From a virus (lineage: Duplodnaviria; Heunggongvirae; Uroviricota; Caudoviricetes), in the IMG/VR virus record IMGVR_UViG_2541047945_000001: DNA of 21,088 nt; one strand, given 5' to 3'. A program made the translations under genes and the position numbers. Within the stretch, counting starts at the first letter, position 1; every line of letters starts with the position of its first letter. This document shows, one piece after another, positions 19,435-21,088 of this stretch. The notes under the pieces were generated by a model. That model was not told the origin of the DNA and did not search any database. It saw nothing but the letters and a program-made list of their open reading frames with translations.

Positions 19435-21088
19435 ACCGGTAGGCGATCTGGTCGTTGATTTGAGTCTGGATGCGGCCAGATTTGACGAGCAGATGGCCAG
19501 AGTCAGGCGTCATTTTTCCGGTACGGAAAGTGATGCGAAAAAAACAGCGGCAGTCGTTGAACAGTCAATGAACCGGCAGGCGCTGGCTGCACAGAAAGCG
19601 GGGATTTCCGTCGGACAGTATAAAGCCGCCATGCGTATGCTGCCTGCACAGTTCACCGACGTGGCCACGCAGCTTGCAGGCGGGCAAAGTCCGTGGCTGA
19701 TCCTGCTGCAACAGGGTGGTCAGGTGAAGGACTCCTTCGGCGGGATGATCCCCATGTTCAGGGGGCTTGCCGGTGCGATCACCCTGCCGATGGTCGGGGC
19801 CACCTCGCTGGCGGTGGCGACCGGTGCGCTGGCGTATGCCTGGTATCAGGGCAACTCAACCCTGTCCGATTTCAACAAAACGCTGGTCCTTTCCGGCAAT
19901 CAGTCGGGTCTGACGGCAGATCGCATGCTGGTCCTGTCCAGAGCCGGGCAGGCGGCAGGGCTGACGTTTAACCAGACCAGCGAGTCACTCAGCGCACTGG
20001 TTAAGGCGGGAGTAAGCGGTGAGGCTCAGATTGCGTCCATCAGCCAGAGTGTGGCGCGTTTCTCCTCTGCATCCGGTGTGGAGGTGGACAAGGTCGCTGA
20101 AGCCTTCGGGAAGCTGACCACAGACCCGACGTCGGGGTTGACGGCGATGGCACGCCAGTTCCATAACGTGACGGCGGAGCAGATTGCGTATGTTGCTCAG
20201 TTGCAGCGTTCCGGCGATGAAGCCGGGGCATTGCAGGCGGCGAACGAGGCCGCGACGAAAGGGTTTGATGACCAGACCCGCCGCCTGAAAGAGAACATGG
20301 GTACGCTGGAGACCTGGGCAGACAGGACCGCGCGGGCATTCAAATCCATGTGGGATGCGGTGCTGGATATTGGTCGTCCTGATACCGCGCAGGAGATGCT
20401 GATTAAGGCAGAGGCTGCGTTTAAGAAAGCGGACGACATCTGGAGTCTGCGCAAGGATGATTATTTTGTTAACGATGAAGCGCGGGCGCGTTACTGGGAT
20501 GATCGTGAAAAGGCCCGTCTTGCGCTTGAAGCCGCGAGAAAGAAGGCTGAACAGCAGAGTCAACAGGACACAAATGCGCAGCAGCAGAGCGATACTGAAG
20601 CGTCACGGCTGAAATATACCGAAGAGGCGCAGAAGGCTTACGAACGGCTGCAGACGCCGCTGGAGAAATATACCGCCCGTCAGGAAGAACTGAACAAGGC
20701 ACTGAAGGACGGGAAAATTCTGCAGGCAGATTACAACACGCTGATGGCGGCGGCGAAAAAGGACTATGAAGCGACGCTGAAAAAGCCGAAACAGTCCGGC
20801 GTGAAGGTGTCTGCGGGCGATCGTCAGGAAGACAGTGCTCATGCTGCCCTGCTGACGCTTCAGGCTGAACTCCGGACGCTGGAGAAGCATGCCGGAGCAA
20901 ATGAGAAAATCAGCCAGCAGCGCCGGGATTTGTGGAAGGCGGAGAGTCAGTTCGCGGTACTGGAGGAGGCAGCGCAACGTCGCCAGCTGTCTGCACAGGA
21001 GAAATCCCTGCTGGCGCATAAAGATGAGACGCTGGAGTACAAACGCCAGCTGGCTGCACTTGGCGACAAGGTTACGTATCAGGAGCGC
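19427..21088 (+). CDS. H: Tail tape-measure protein gpH, 3' partial (runs off the window end)
   Basis: ATG at 19427 overlapping the T stop; MAEPVGDLVVDLSLDAARFDEQMARVRRHF… matches the lambda gpH N-terminus; the frame stays open for 554 codons to the window end (not listed in the ORF track, presumably because no stop is reached). Confidence 0.93.
   Translation, partial: MAEPVGDLVVDLSLDAARFDEQMARVRRHFSGTESDAKKTAAVVEQSMNRQALAAQKAGISVGQYKAAMRMLPAQFTDVATQLAGGQSPWLILLQQGGQVKDSFGGMIPMFRGLAGAITLPMVGATSLAVATGALAYAWYQGNSTLSDFNKTLVLSGNQSGLTADRMLVLSRAGQAAGLTFNQTSESLSALVKAGVSGEAQIASISQSVARFSSASGVEVDKVAEAFGKLTTDPTSGLTAMARQFHNVTAEQIAYVAQLQRSGDEAGALQAANEAATKGFDDQTRRLKENMGTLETWADRTARAFKSMWDAVLDIGRPDTAQEMLIKAEAAFKKADDIWSLRKDDYFVNDEARARYWDDREKARLALEAARKKAEQQSQQDTNAQQQSDTEASRLKYTEEAQKAYERLQTPLEKYTARQEELNKALKDGKILQADYNTLMAAAKKDYEATLKKPKQSGVKVSAGDRQEDSAHAALLTLQAELRTLEKHAGANEKISQQRRDLWKAESQFAVLEEAAQRRQLSAQEKSLLAHKDETLEYKRQLAALGDKVTYQER

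Noticed and set aside
16834-21019. Minus-strand ORFs in the tail gene region, including 17171..17551, 18160..18570, 18656..19087, 19985..20563 (192 aa) and 20603..21019, and the + strand ORF 19693..19971 in an alternate frame of H
   Set aside because: Antisense or out of frame relative to Z, U, V, G, T and H, all of which match lambda proteins; Ser/Arg/Pro-rich low-complexity translations typical of non-genes.

Overview
The window is a near-complete stretch of a lambda-like (lambdoid) prophage in prophage gene order, almost all on the + strand: replication (O, P, ren), nin region, Q antiterminator, lysis cassette, cos, then head and tail genes up to a 3'-truncated tape-measure gene H. All calls rest on reading the supplied ORF translations and DNA against remembered phage lambda, phage 21 and E. 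coli DLP12 proteins; no database search was run. The prophage is mosaic: replication and morphogenesis genes look essentially lambda-type, while rusA-ylcG-Q-porin-holin-endolysin-spanins-bor look DLP12/phage-21-type, with a junction inside a chimeric ninF/ybcO ORF near 3.6-3.7 kb. The left edge carries the 3' end of an IS3-family (IS629-like) element inserted in the 5' part of replication gene O, so the prophage is probably replication-defective. Two minus-strand morons are present (an intact nmpC/Lc-type porin and the bor lipoprotein). I see no CRISPR array, tRNA or rRNA, and no convincing evidence of a novel multi-gene system. The least-understood elements are small conserved ORFs of unknown function (NinX-like, YlcG-like, a YlcI-like ribbon-helix-helix candidate antisense beside cos) and a 360-bp non-coding stretch with a G9 tract.
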